Position numbers and translations under genes: made by a program. A stretch of DNA of 64,000 nt from an uncultured Chlamydiales bacterium (GTDB taxonomy: Bacteria > Chlamydiota > Chlamydiia > Chlamydiales > JAAKFR01), in NCBI GenBank assembly GCA_963699155.1, contig OY969414.1:875757-939756 (forward strand), given 5' to 3'. The notes beneath the pieces are model-generated. The model did not search any database. It was not told where the DNA came from and saw only the letters and a program-made list of their open reading frames with translations. This document shows positions 37,869 through 48,540 of the stretch, piece after piece. Within the stretch, counting starts at the first letter, position 1. Each line of letters starts with the position of its first letter.

Positions 37869-39739
37869 TCAGATAGAGACGACCAATGGGGCTGATCGAT
37901 TTCCTGTAACATCGACAGCGACGATGTAATAGGTTGTGTGGGCTGTCTTGGAACAGGTGACAAAGAGGAGAGGCCCTGTTCCCGGAACTGTGCCTAAAAC
38001 TTGGGTCAAGGCGGCATCACTAAAAATGATGTAAGAAACAGGTGTTGGACCGCTTGTCGGGGCAGACCAGGTGATCGTGTTTTCATAACATTTTTGCGTC
38101 AAAAAGGTATCTACTTTCTGGCTGATGGAACCATTGGTAGGAGGTAAGGGAGCAAAGCTGAGGAGTTGGGATGTTGCTGCAAAATCTGCCCCATGGTTAC
38201 TGAAGACCTGACCTGTGAAGGTACTCGTGCTAACGACTGAGGTACCTGCTGAGTTGGTCACCGTAAGCGTTATTGTGAAAGGACCATCAGAAGCATAGGT
38301 ATGGCTTGTGGTAGGAGTGGAGTCCGTTTCTTGATCTCCATCGCCAAAATCCCAATGCCAGGTGGCCACTGTCCCGACAGGCGAGACCGACCCCGAACCA
38401 TCAAACAGTGCGACATTGCCCGGTGCAGTTGTGAGCGCAAACCGCGCCATGGCGCCTGGTCCGGAGTGATGCAGGGCCAAGTGCCTAGAGTATTGCTCGT
38501 GTCGAGGGTAACACCCGTCACTGTAGGGGTCGTATTTATATTATCAATGCGTGAAAACAGAGCAGTAGTAGAGGAGGTAGCAATACCCACTGTGCCATCA
38601 GAAGAGATCCAAATGCCTTGCGGGTTATTTCCTACCGCAATGCTTGTGGGGAACATTGGTGTGGTTGTAGTGACATTGTATCGGGATATAGTTCCATTAT
38701 TTGTATCAGCACTATAGGCAAATGTGTTATCACGTGCTGCAACCAGTTGCGAAAAAAAAACCAGGTTGAAATCGATAACGGAGCTAAGAAAGGTGGGTGT
38801 CGTTGACATACTCCATATAGCATGTTGGACGAGGTCAGTGTTAGTCAGAAGGCCAAAGCTCTGATCAGGCTTCATCGTGATCCAACCAGGAGTTGCAGTA
38901 GTCCCAATTGAAGCAGGAAAGGATGTAGTTGTTAAGAGAGTATCGGTTAATGCATTCAACTTATAGATATTGTTCCCATTAACCCCACCTACGAAAGCCA
39001 ATGTTCCGTCTGGTGTGAAGGCAACGCCTTCGCCCTGTTCGTTTGTAGAGAGGACGAGATCAGTTGTATGTGTAGGCGCAGTAGGGTTTGTGAGATCAAT
39101 CACAGACACTGCGGCTATAGAGGGCGTATTGTCGATAGTGATATAGGCCTTTGGCAAAGTGGGGTGAATAGCCATTGCCAGGGGACCAGCCTCCAGGCTA
39201 AGGGTACCCGAAGTCACTTGGGTGAGATTAGCAATATTGATTACATAGAGATTACCTGGTTTGGAATCATCCACCACGTAGGCATATTTTCCGAAGGGGT
39301 CGATAGCCACATCACGTGGTTGTCCCCCTACAGTAATAAATTGACCATTTGCGCTATTGCCTCCGGTTTTTATATTGTACCAGTAGACATTCCCTGTGTT
39401 AAAAACAGGGATAAAGGCTTTCCAGTCACCCGTAAATGTATAGAAGTCGTTGGGGTGGTTAGGAGGAGAGGAGCCTGCAGGTGTAGTGACAACCACCGTC
39501 ACATTCTCTGGCACATGGACAGCAGAAGTGAAAGTGATCGTTGTATCATTGACCGGGTTGAAAGGAGTTGAAACTCCATCGACAGTCACTGAGGTGGCGC
39601 CCGTAAATCCGCTTCCCGAAATCACTACAGGAACACTGCCTGTATCAGGACCAAAATTGGGAGTAATATTTGTAATCAGTGGAGCTGAGAACAAATAGCA
39701 AGTTAACGAAAGAAAAACCAGAGTGAATGCAAGCTTCAT
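37869..39739 (-). CDS. Secreted IPT/TIG + YVTN-type beta-propeller + PKD + FN3-like C-terminal domain protein; one frameshift near 38450
   Basis: Signal peptide; PNFGPDTGSVPVVISGSGFTG (IPT); VGGQPRDVAI, VGNNPQGI (propeller); WHWDFGDG (PKD). The two ORFs join at PDQAP/MARF if one base is added. Confidence 0.8.
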
Positions 39740-39797
39740 AAAACTCCTAAGAAATTTTTAGAAGCTACAAATCTAACAAAGAAAAAAATTAAATGCT

Positions 39798-39832
39798 AAA
39801 AAAAATTAGACCTCTTGCGCGCAAGAGGTCTA
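39798..39832 (-). terminator. Intrinsic terminator of the dnaK operon
   Basis: TAGACCTCTTGC-GC-GCAAGAGGTCTA followed by a T tract on the minus strand. Confidence 0.8.
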
Positions 39833-39843
39833 TCATTGGCTTT

Positions 39844-41772
39844 TTATTTATTCTTTTCTTCGTCGTCGAGGACCTCTACTTCGGCCTCTTCGATGTTGTT
39901 TTCGCCCTGAGGAGGGGGAGGCTGCTGGCCAGCTCCTGGAGGGGGTGTTCCTGCTTGGCCGCTGGGGTGAGCCCGCATCGCTTCGCCAATCTTCTGGATT
40001 TCGCGATTGAGCTCATCGCGTGCGGAGCGCATTCTCTCGAGTTGGCCCCCTTTTAGGGCTTCCTTGGCTGCGTCGATTTTGCTTTGGATCGAGCTTGCCA
40101 CATCGGCAGGAATCTTCTCTTTGTATTCATTCAGGTTCTTTTCTGACTGGAAGATGAGGGAGTCAGTCTCGTTGCGTAAGTCAATCTCCTCCTTCTTCTT
40201 GCGGTCTTCCTCTTTATGGAGCTCGGCATCCTTGACCATTCTCTGGATCTCATCGTCTCGGAGACCTGATTGAGCTTCGATGCGGATTTTCTGCTCTTTA
40301 CCTGATGAGAGATCTTTGGCGTGAACGTGCAGAATCCCGTTCGCATCGACGTCGAAAGAGACCTCAATTTGAGGCATACCACGTGGGGCAGGGGGAATAT
40401 CAGTCAGATCAAATCTGCCGATCTCTTTGTTGTCTCTCGCCATCGGACGCTCCCCCTGTAGCACGACGATGGTCACGGCGGGTTGATTGTCGCTTGCGGT
40501 AGAGAAGACCTGTTTTTTCTTTGTCGGGATGGTGGTGTTGCGCTCAACGAGAGGTGTCATCACACCGCCTAGCGTCTCGATCCCCAATGTTAAAGGGATC
40601 ACGTCGAGAAGGAGCACATCTTTGACCTCGCCGGCGAGAACACCCCCCTGAATGGCAGCTCCCACAGCGACCACCTCATCGGGGTTGACCCCTTTGTGCG
40701 GCTCTTTTTTGAAGATGCTCTTCACCATCTCCTGCACAGCGGGCATCCGTGTCATCCCACCCACAAGAATGACCTCGTCAATCTTTTCTGGGGTCATATT
40801 GGCATCTTTCAACGCTTTGAGGCATGGCTCCTTGGTTCTTTGCACGAGCGCTGATGTCAGCTGTTCCAATTTGGCTCGCGTCAGAGTGAGAGCAAGGTGC
40901 TTTGGACCGGTGGCATCCATCGTGATGAAGGGCTGGTTGATCTCTGTCGATGTAACACCCGAAAGTTCGACTTTCGCCTTTTCAGCAGCATCTCGAAGTC
41001 TTTGCAGCGCCATTTTGTCATGGCTGAGATCGATGCCCTGCTCTTTTTTAAACTCATCGAGCATCCAATGGATAATGACATTGTCGAAGTCGTCGCCACC
41101 GAGGTGGGTATCGCCATTGGTCGAGAGCACTTCAAAAACGCCTCCTCCAATTTCGAGAATGGAGATATCGAATGTACCGCCCCCAAGGTCAAACACTGCG
41201 ATCTTTTTATCCTCTCCTTTATCGAGACCATAGGCCAATGCCGCTGCTGTGGGTTCAGGGATGATCCTTTTCACATCAAGACCCGCAATGCGCCCTGCAT
41301 CGCGTGTAGAAGCCCTTTGAGAGTCGTTGAAGTAGGCAGGTACAGTAATCACAGCTTCTGTCACTGTCTCACCCAGATAAGCCTCGGCTGATTCCTTCAT
41401 CTTGATCAGAATGGCAGCTCCCACCTCTTCCGGGGTGAGCAGCTTCCCGTCCACTTCAAAAACAGCATCCCCCTTGTCATTGGGAACGACTTTGTAGGGC
41501 ACCGTTTTAATTTCTTGTTGGACCTCACTGTATTTGCGTCCAATAAAGCGCTTGGAGGAGCTGATTGTCCTTTCTGGATTGGTGACCGCTTGCCGTTTGG
41601 CAGGAATCCCAACTAGCCGTTCATTGCCTTTGTAGGCAACGACTGAGGGCGTTGTCCGTGATCCTTCAGCATTGGGGATCACTTTCGCTTGTCCCCCTTC
41701 CATGATTGCGACGCAGGAGTTGGTGGTGCCAAGGTCGATGCCGATAATTTTACTTTTTTTGGTTTGAGCCAT
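39844..41772 (-). CDS. dnaK: Chaperone DnaK
   Basis: [38 protein letters not shown]. Confidence 0.99.
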   Translation of the reverse strand: MAQTKKSKIIGIDLGTTNSCVAIMEGGQAKVIPNAEGSRTTPSVVAYKGNERLVGIPAKRQAVTNPERTISSSKRFIGRKYSEVQQEIKTVPYKVVPNDKGDAVFEVDGKLLTPEEVGAAILIKMKESAEAYLGETVTEAVITVPAYFNDSQRASTRDAGRIAGLDVKRIIPEPTAAALAYGLDKGEDKKIAVFDLGGGTFDISILEIGGGVFEVLSTNGDTHLGGDDFDNVIIHWMLDEFKKEQGIDLSHDKMALQRLRDAAEKAKVELSGVTSTEINQPFITMDATGPKHLALTLTRAKLEQLTSALVQRTKEPCLKALKDANMTPEKIDEVILVGGMTRMPAVQEMVKSIFKKEPHKGVNPDEVVAVGAAIQGGVLAGEVKDVLLLDVIPLTLGIETLGGVMTPLVERNTTIPTKKKQVFSTASDNQPAVTIVVLQGERPMARDNKEIGRFDLTDIPPAPRGMPQIEVSFDVDANGILHVHAKDLSSGKEQKIRIEAQSGLRDDEIQRMVKDAELHKEEDRKKKEEIDLRNETDSLIFQSEKNLNEYKEKIPADVASSIQSKIDAAKEALKGGQLERMRSARDELNREIQKIGEAMRAHPSGQAGTPPPGAGQQPPPPQGENNIEEAEVEVLDDEEKNK

Positions 41773-41774
41773 GA

Positions 41775-42305
41775 TTATTTTCCTTGATCAGATTGTTCGG
41801 TTTTTTTCTCTTCGGGAGTACGAGCGACTTTGACACGGGCTACACGGATGGTGCGATCACCCACCCTATACCCACGTACAAACTCATCGACAACAGTTCC
41901 CGGAGGGTATTCTGTTGTGGTCACCATTTCGACAGCCTCGTGGAAATGGGGGTCGAACGATTTTCCCACACTATGGTATTCAGTCACTCCATGCTGGCTG
42001 AGCACCTGTTTAAATTGATTGAGCAACATCTCGAAGCCGACAGCCCAATTTTTCACTTCTGGTGACATGCTTTCTGCAAACTGGAGGGCTTTTTCAAAGC
42101 TATCGATGGGATGTAGGAATTCAGCCAACACATTTTCAACAGCGAATTGGGTCATTTCTTGCTTCTCTTTTTGCAATCTCTTTCGCGTATTTTCTCCTTC
42201 AGCTAGCATGCGCAGGTATTTTTCTTGGCACTCTTTCAGCTCTTCCTGGAGGCGTTCCTTCTCATTTTTTGGCTCCTCCTGGGGCGGTGTCGGCTCGGTG
42301 GTCAT
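41775..42305 (-). CDS. grpE: Nucleotide exchange factor GrpE
   Basis: [32 protein letters not shown]. Confidence 0.97.
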   Translation of the reverse strand: MTTEPTPPQEEPKNEKERLQEELKECQEKYLRMLAEGENTRKRLQKEKQEMTQFAVENVLAEFLHPIDSFEKALQFAESMSPEVKNWAVGFEMLLNQFKQVLSQHGVTEYHSVGKSFDPHFHEAVEMVTTTEYPPGTVVDEFVRGYRVGDRTIRVARVKVARTPEEKKTEQSDQGK

Positions 42306-43480
42306 GATTGATCCTTAATTTCTATGAGTTTTTGAGATTGTTGGTCCACAATAGCCCGCTCTTCGGGGGGAAGATAGGGCCCTGAAGCGCGGGGTTGGCG
42401 GAACGAGAGTTTATATTTCAACAAGCCATGTGTCAGCGCTTTCGAAATCGATTCGGAAAAGGCGCGGAGCGAGGCGAATAATTTCTTGTAGGGCATTCTA
42501 CAGGGGCCGAGGAGGCCCACAGCACCCACCTTCATCTGACCAATGTAGTAGGGAATGGCGATGACAGAGCAGCCTTGGGCAGAAGCGGCGTAAGGGGCAA
42601 GATCGGCGCCAATCCAAAAGCGGAGAGCGCCCTCATTGACACAATCATTCAGGAGCTGACGCATCTGTTGGGGATTTTCGAAGAGGGAAAGAGTGGTGGT
42701 GAGAGCGACAGGATCACTCAGCTCTGAATAGGCGAGAAGCTGGGAAAATCCGGTGCGAAAGAGCTCTTCATCGGTAAAATTGGAGTAGCGAACAATATAG
42801 CGGACCATCATTTCATTGTAGAGGCTCTGGGCAAGCGACTCCTCTTCGAGCGATAGATTAGGAGGCTGGGGAGAGTTCCCTTTGATCCTCCACTGAAGAT
42901 AGGCTTCGATCCGTTTGAGGGCAAAAGAGCTGACTTTTTGGCGGATCGGTAGAATCTCAGTAAGAACCTGTCCAAAATCGGTCAGCATGACGGCGAGAAG
43001 CCTCTCTGTATCGATCGAGACCAGCGTGACATTCAGAATGAAATCGTGATCAAAACGGACCGAGCTGAGGAAAGTGGCATACTGGGTGACCTCGCTCAAT
43101 CTCTCTGCCGCTTTCTGGAGATAGCGGGTCAGATGGCGGGTGCTTGTCTGGGCCAGATCGAGAAAAAAGTCTCCTAACTCTTGAGTAAAATCACTGCTCG
43201 CAGTCAGATTCTCACTTGCGTAGAGCCTCAGGGCCTCGTGGGTAGGAATACGACCCCCAGAGGAGTGGGGTTGTCTCAGAAACCCTTGGCTTTCAAGTTC
43301 AGCAAAGTAGTTGCGAATCGTTGCTGAGCTCAAGTGATCAAAGCCATGCTCCTTCAGGGTGTTAGAGCCTATTGGCTTCCCCGATTCCAGATAGAGATCG
43401 ACGAGCCCCATAAGCACCTGAAACTCCCGGGTATGCTTCTTCGAACTGGGCTGCTTTTTTACGAGAGCTTGTTTCAGCAT
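42302..43480 (-). CDS. hrcA: Heat-inducible transcription repressor HrcA
   Basis: PIGSNTL, SSATIRNYFAELE, QPHSSGGRIPT, LGPCRMPY; start set at ATG 43480 because upstream starts fall inside the promoter. Confidence 0.95.
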   Translation of the reverse strand: MLKQALVKKQPSSKKHTREFQVLMGLVDLYLESGKPIGSNTLKEHGFDHLSSATIRNYFAELESQGFLRQPHSSGGRIPTHEALRLYASENLTASSDFTQELGDFFLDLAQTSTRHLTRYLQKAAERLSEVTQYATFLSSVRFDHDFILNVTLVSIDTERLLAVMLTDFGQVLTEILPIRQKVSSFALKRIEAYLQWRIKGNSPQPPNLSLEEESLAQSLYNEMMVRYIVRYSNFTDEELFRTGFSQLLAYSELSDPVALTTTLSLFENPQQMRQLLNDCVNEGALRFWIGADLAPYAASAQGCSVIAIPYYIGQMKVGAVGLLGPCRMPYKKLFASLRAFSESISKALTHGLLKYKLSFRQPRASGPYLPPEERAIVDQQSQKLIEIKDQS

Positions 43481-43487
43481 GCCCATA

Positions 43488-43516
43488 ATTATAAGCTGGG
43501 GCCCTCCAGAGGTCAA
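43488..43516 (-). promoter_or_regulatory. Sigma66 promoter of hrcA-grpE-dnaK
   Basis: TTGACC-17 nt-TATAAT on the minus strand. Confidence 0.85.
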
Positions 43517-43522
43517 GCGATT

Positions 43523-43549
43523 TTAGCACTCGATGGCTTAGAGTGCTGA
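43523..43549. promoter_or_regulatory. CIRCE operator (HrcA binding site)
   Basis: TTAGCACTC-N9-GAGTGCTGA, one mismatch to TTAGCACTC-N9-GAGTGCTAA. Confidence 0.95.
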
Positions 43550-43563
43550 ATTCTTATAAGTAC

Positions 43564-43592
43564 TTGAATTATAAAGAGATTTTAGTTATAAT
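43564..43592 (+). promoter_or_regulatory. Divergent sigma66 promoter for the 100-aa ORF
   Basis: TTGAAT-17 nt-TATAAT, then GAGG RBS before ATG 43620. Confidence 0.65.
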
Positions 43593-43619
43593 TAATTCGA
43601 ATTAAAAAAGAGGTCGCTG

Positions 43620-43922
43620 ATGAAAACTTCTGAAATATCCACCCATTTAATTACAGAAAATGCCCTTCCGCAAGCGGCGTCCAAAGAGAATTCCAGTAAA
43701 AAGAGCGACCTCTTCCTTTTGGCCATGGTGATGGTGATGAATCACCTCCACGAAATAGTCATGAACTCTTGGGAAAAGGTGAGTGAAGCGAATACTCAGC
43801 TCGCCCAAGATAACGCTAGTGCCCATCAAGCCCGTACGATCCGCCACGGTCAAGAGGAGGCGACCCGCCTTCAAGGGGAGCGCCGCCACTTACAAACCCA
43901 TTTCGGCTCGCTTAAGGCTTAA
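43620..43922 (+). CDS. Hypothetical protein
   Basis: 100-aa ORF with promoter and RBS; short hydrophobic patch then helical region. Confidence 0.6.
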   Translation: MKTSEISTHLITENALPQAASKENSSKKSDLFLLAMVMVMNHLHEIVMNSWEKVSEANTQLAQDNASAHQARTIRHGQEEATRLQGERRHLQTHFGSLKA

Positions 43923-43952
43923 TTCCGGCTTTCTAAGAGCCCAGTGGGACAT

Positions 43953-45665
43953 TTAGCAGCGTAATTTCTTCTCTGCCCAGCGCAGCACATCAGCTACAGG
44001 AACGAGCTCTTTTTCGCCAAGGCGCGATTCAATTTCTACCTTACCCTCTTGTGTGAAGGCTTTTCCGACAATCAGTTTGTAGGGGAGGCCGATCAGGTCG
44101 CTGTCTTTCAATTTAAAACCGAGTCGGAGATCGCGGTCATCCCATAAGGGCTCAAAGCCGGCGCTGTTGAGCTCATTGTAGAGCTTTGAAGCCGTTTCAA
44201 CGAGCTTAGGATCTTGTTCTGAGGCCGCTGTGACAAGGATTCTGAAGGGGGCAATCGATAAGGGCCAGATGATCCCTTTCTCGTCGTGCTTCTGTTCGAT
44301 GCAGGCGGCTGCAGTTCTTCCGACACCAATCCCATAGGTTCCCATCCAGATAGCATGGGAGACCCCATTTTCATCCTGAAAGGTAGCTCCCAACTTCTCC
44401 GTGTATTTGGTGCCTAGGTTGAAGATGTGTCCTACTTCGATCCCTCTTTGGGTCTGATAAACGCCTCCAGGGATATGTGGACAGCCATCTCCTGCTTCAG
44501 CTTGGAGGAAATCGTCAAAAGCAGGGGGTGGTAAATCGCGGCTCCAGTTGACGTTGACATCGTGGACATCGTCTTGATTGACTGCAGCGATAAAGTTGGT
44601 CATTGGCTGAGCGCTATTATCAGCGTAGAAGGGGATAGGAGATCCTTCTGGTCCTATGAAGCCAAACGTAGCTCCCGTCAACTTTTGAACCTCTTCCGCA
44701 CTGGCTAAAGCCACTTCTAGCGCGCCAAATTTTGTACCTACCTTCACATCGTTCACCTGGCGATCTCCGCGGATGCCGATGGCGACAAAGGTCTCTCTAT
44801 CGGCAAAAATCAGCTTGTAAACGATCGTTTTCAGGATCAATTGAGGGCTGCACTTCAAAAAGGCAGCTAACTCTTCGATGGTGGTCGTACCAGGTGTCGG
44901 AACCCGTTTTTTCTCTTTCAAATTCTTTTCGTAAGCGTAGGGAGGAGGGATCGCTTTGGTCGCTTCGACGTTGGCAGCATAGTTGCCACAGACCATGACA
45001 AAGTCTTCTCCGATAGCGGCCTTCACCTGGAACTCTTCGGACTTGCCGGAGCCAATTTTTCCTCCATGAGCTTCGACGATGACAAAATCGAGTCCAATCC
45101 TCTTGAAGATATTGGAATAGGCAAGACGCATGAGAGCATACTGCTCTTCCATCCCTTCAGGATTTTTAGAGAAGGAGTAACCATCTTTCATCAAGAACTC
45201 CTTACAGCGAATCAACCCAAATCTGGGGCGTATTTCATCTCGGAATTTGGGGCCGATCTGGTAGAGATTGAGAGGAAGGTCCTTATGGCCCGTGGCCCAA
45301 TTGGCGACCACAGAGACGATGACCTCCTCATGGGTCGGAGCGACGCAGTAAGGATGGCCTTCCCGATCTTCTAGGGTGTAGAGGAGGTTGGCAGAGGTGA
45401 AGTCTTCCCAGCGGCCCGTCTCTTTCCAGAGAGAGGCGGGGTGGAGGATAGGCATGAGAAGCTCTTGGGCTCCAGCATTGTTGAGCTCTTCTCGAATGAT
45501 TGCGGAGAGTTTCTGTATCACCCGCAACATTAGAGGGGTGTAGGAGTAGAGCCCCTTGCCTAACTTACGAAGGTAGCCCCCACGCTCTAAAAGCTTATGA
45601 GAGACCACATCGGCCTCATGAGGGGCTTCTTTAAATGTTCTGAAGAATAGTTTTGAAGCTTTCAT
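43953..45665 (-). CDS. proS: Proline--tRNA ligase
   Basis: PTHEE, KFRDEIRPRFGLIR, EFLMKDGYSF, GIEVGHIFNLGTKY, YGIGVGR. Confidence 0.98.
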   Translation of the reverse strand: MKASKLFFRTFKEAPHEADVVSHKLLERGGYLRKLGKGLYSYTPLMLRVIQKLSAIIREELNNAGAQELLMPILHPASLWKETGRWEDFTSANLLYTLEDREGHPYCVAPTHEEVIVSVVANWATGHKDLPLNLYQIGPKFRDEIRPRFGLIRCKEFLMKDGYSFSKNPEGMEEQYALMRLAYSNIFKRIGLDFVIVEAHGGKIGSGKSEEFQVKAAIGEDFVMVCGNYAANVEATKAIPPPYAYEKNLKEKKRVPTPGTTTIEELAAFLKCSPQLILKTIVYKLIFADRETFVAIGIRGDRQVNDVKVGTKFGALEVALASAEEVQKLTGATFGFIGPEGSPIPFYADNSAQPMTNFIAAVNQDDVHDVNVNWSRDLPPPAFDDFLQAEAGDGCPHIPGGVYQTQRGIEVGHIFNLGTKYTEKLGATFQDENGVSHAIWMGTYGIGVGRTAAACIEQKHDEKGIIWPLSIAPFRILVTAASEQDPKLVETASKLYNELNSAGFEPLWDDRDLRLGFKLKDSDLIGLPYKLIVGKAFTQEGKVEIESRLGEKELVPVADVLRWAEKKLRC

Positions 45666-45783
45666 AGGCTGTCAGAGTAGCCAAAAGTGGGGAAAAAATC
45701 TATAAATTTCAGCTGCTATTTATCCCTATTTCATGTTATAATGCTTGCCTAAGTTACTAATTTATAATTTATTATGAATAAAA

Positions 45784-48522
45784 ATGGCCGTCGGTTCCCC
45801 AAAATTTAATCCCGAGAGATATTACCTTCCTGAGGGCGAACCGCTCCCTTCGCCTGCTCAGATTCTTTCTCCATTAAAGAGGAAGGTCTCAGATACAGCT
45901 GCAAGGCAGTTTCATTCTCGGAAAAGACTTAACCTAGGTGAGGGAAAAGAGCTCAAATTAGACATTCCTGAAGGAGCGGAGGCCAGTAACTATTACCACA
46001 ATCTTCCCCCTCTCCTCAATGCACAAGCCAGAGGCATCGAAAACTGTATGGAAGTGAAAGCTCTTTCTTCTGAAAAGAAGGGGTTTGTGAGAGCCAAGGT
46101 GATTCAAATCATCAAAAATGAGAAATTGAGTGAAAGCCACAAACTGGTTGAGCTAGGCATTGTCCATTATTTAATCGCAACGGGGAGGGAGGTTTCTCTT
46201 CCCGAAGAGCCAACTCTATTTTTCCTTCGCTTGGAAGAGATGGAGAGCCTTGCTAGAGAACTCAGAGAAGCTCATCGAGAAACCCTCAGTGGCAAAGCTG
46301 CTAGCCTCCTTCCATCAGGTTCTACAGCCTATCTCCTCCGCAGCTTTGCAAGGATGATCTTTCCACCAGACGGAGCTCTGAATATCGGCGGCTGCTTTGT
46401 CATAGAAGCGCTCCTCAATAGCCATCTCGCTCTGCAATTGTCTGAAGAAATGAGGGAGCTGGTACTCAATGTCGTGCAGCGCCTCATCCATGACCGCACC
46501 TTTCGTCAGCTTTTTTGCGATCCATTCACAGTAGACCCCAGAATGGCTGAGCTCATTTTCATCGATACCAAAATTGAGTTTAGCGAAGAGATGAGTTTTG
46601 TCTACGTGCGTTGGGCCCTTCTTCAAGCCCTTTTCTCCACGGTAGGACAGGTCGATGAATGGAACTGTTATGCAGTGGCCATGATCATGAACCTCCAATC
46701 TCGAGATTGTGATAAATTGCTCCGCCTTCTCATCGAAGTGGTGAAAACGGGCTCCTTCAATTTTGATTCTGTTGAGATTCCTGTCTTTCCCCTGCTAGAA
46801 ACCCGAAGAAAGTATGAAAAGGATCTCAAGGTCACTTTAAGTGGTGAAGAATTACAGCAATTAACCCCCTATACTATGACTTCGAGCCTTTTTGAGAAAG
46901 GCGATTTCCCCCTGAGCCCTAAGAGACGGAAAACCCTAGCTGAATGGTTGAAACAGGAATTTGAAGGTGAAGTGGATCATGCGAAACAGTTTTTTCTCTC
47001 CCATAAACAGAGCTTTCTTCAGCAAACTCTGCTCGGGATGCTCCAATTTGCCTGCTTAAATTCCATTGACCCTCGCCCCGGAAAAGCGACTTCCCAGCGC
47101 GTGAAAACCATTGTTTTTTTGATCAACCAAATTAAGGCCTCATTTCAGCGTTTTTTAAGTGATCACGGCAAGACAGATAGAAGTGGATTTTTAGAATTTT
47201 TAAACCAATTTGGCATGCAGATATGCAATTCTCTCTTTTTTATCGATTATCATCAATCTGCACCCGTCATCGAAGCCAATCGGGTAAACTTTCAGTTCCA
47301 TTCACAGGGTCTACTTTTTAATGGAAATTCAGCCGACTATCAGCCTTTTTGCGAGACAAGAAGGCTCTTTGTTTGTTCCGATGGAGAGATGCAACCGATA
47401 GATAAACTCTCCGATTTTGCGGCTCTCTGCTCAGCTCTTCTCGCTGATTATGACCAGAGTGAAGAAACTTCCGAATTCCAAAGAACTTTCGTTCGGTTTC
47501 AATCCTACCTTACCCAGAACAGATTCTTAGACGATTTGGCCACGGCAGTCGCTGCCCTCAATAAAAATGAGTCCAAGCTCCCAGCACGCATCTATCGTGA
47601 ATCGGATTCCTTGTTCCTGATCCAGTTGGGAGGCTCCACAGCTCTTGCTGCAGGCCTGCCTGAATTGCAGGAAAAGTATGTGCGCAGTGAAACGATAACG
47701 GGTAAGAATCTCCAGGAATTGTTTAGAGAGCTCTCTCTCTCTTTTCACAGGCAGCAGATGCAGGGACCGACCCCTCCGCTCATCCTCTCTAATAGCTCAT
47801 CACACGCCTTCAATGTGACACCCCACACTTTCGAAACTTATTGGGCAAATCCCTTGAGAGAGCTGAAGCAGCGTCTCGTCTTCCCAGGAGAGCGGATCAG
47901 AAGAAAAAAAATAAACGATCAAGAGATGAGTAAAATTCTGCGCCTCTCTCTGGATGGAGAAATTGCAGAACTGCTGCTGACGCAGATTCCTACTGAATTC
48001 ACTCTTCTGCAATTTGTCCAATTTGTTCAAAAGGAGATATCGGGTCCAAGTTGTGGCGTAGTCTTGCGGATGGCAAATCGAGTGGCTCAAGAGATTCCTT
48101 ATTCCACCGTATTGGAAAGCCTCAGCCGGATTCTCGTTCGCAATCAGATCATGTTAACTGAGCTAGAGCTTCAGGAATTATTAGGGCAACTTAGCGAGAA
48201 AAAATGGGATAGTGTCTCTTCCTATCAAGCGGCGAAATGGATTCATAAAGCATTACTGCGATTACCTACGCCGAAATACTGCTCTCTGCGGCTTCTGGAA
48301 GGTACCATTCGTCAGCTCTTCAACCTTCCTGACATCATTCAAGTGGGCAATCTCAATTGGGTGGGAGAGCTGACAGAAGATTTAAAATATGACTACCTTG
48401 TCATCACCTATGACCCCATCCTTGGGCAAGTAGTTTGGCGGAAAAGGCGAGAAGGCATCGAATCCTCATTATCTGATGAATTTACCAAAGAACTAAGCAA
48501 AGAACTCACCCTTCATTTTTGA
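45784..48522 (+). CDS. Large hypothetical protein, paralog 1; predicted papain-like Cys-His-Asn enzyme with N-terminal NLS-like motifs
   Basis: 912 aa; GQVDEWNCYAVA, QLGG, SHAFNVTP, GNLNW shared with paralog 2; extended -10 TGTTATAAT at 45734-45742. Confidence 0.7.
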   Translation: MAVGSPKFNPERYYLPEGEPLPSPAQILSPLKRKVSDTAARQFHSRKRLNLGEGKELKLDIPEGAEASNYYHNLPPLLNAQARGIENCMEVKALSSEKKGFVRAKVIQIIKNEKLSESHKLVELGIVHYLIATGREVSLPEEPTLFFLRLEEMESLARELREAHRETLSGKAASLLPSGSTAYLLRSFARMIFPPDGALNIGGCFVIEALLNSHLALQLSEEMRELVLNVVQRLIHDRTFRQLFCDPFTVDPRMAELIFIDTKIEFSEEMSFVYVRWALLQALFSTVGQVDEWNCYAVAMIMNLQSRDCDKLLRLLIEVVKTGSFNFDSVEIPVFPLLETRRKYEKDLKVTLSGEELQQLTPYTMTSSLFEKGDFPLSPKRRKTLAEWLKQEFEGEVDHAKQFFLSHKQSFLQQTLLGMLQFACLNSIDPRPGKATSQRVKTIVFLINQIKASFQRFLSDHGKTDRSGFLEFLNQFGMQICNSLFFIDYHQSAPVIEANRVNFQFHSQGLLFNGNSADYQPFCETRRLFVCSDGEMQPIDKLSDFAALCSALLADYDQSEETSEFQRTFVRFQSYLTQNRFLDDLATAVAALNKNESKLPARIYRESDSLFLIQLGGSTALAAGLPELQEKYVRSETITGKNLQELFRELSLSFHRQQMQGPTPPLILSNSSSHAFNVTPHTFETYWANPLRELKQRLVFPGERIRRKKINDQEMSKILRLSLDGEIAELLLTQIPTEFTLLQFVQFVQKEISGPSCGVVLRMANRVAQEIPYSTVLESLSRILVRNQIMLTELELQELLGQLSEKKWDSVSSYQAAKWIHKALLRLPTPKYCSLRLLEGTIRQLFNLPDIIQVGNLNWVGELTEDLKYDYLVITYDPILGQVVWRKRREGIESSLSDEFTKELSKELTLHF

Positions 48523-48540
48523 TTCACTGAGAGGAGTCGT

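Noticed and set aside
40007..41391. Long antisense ORFs within dnaK (similar ones in gnd, lepA, rne, npt1)
   Set aside because: Typical antisense shadows of conserved genes, with no recognisable motifs.
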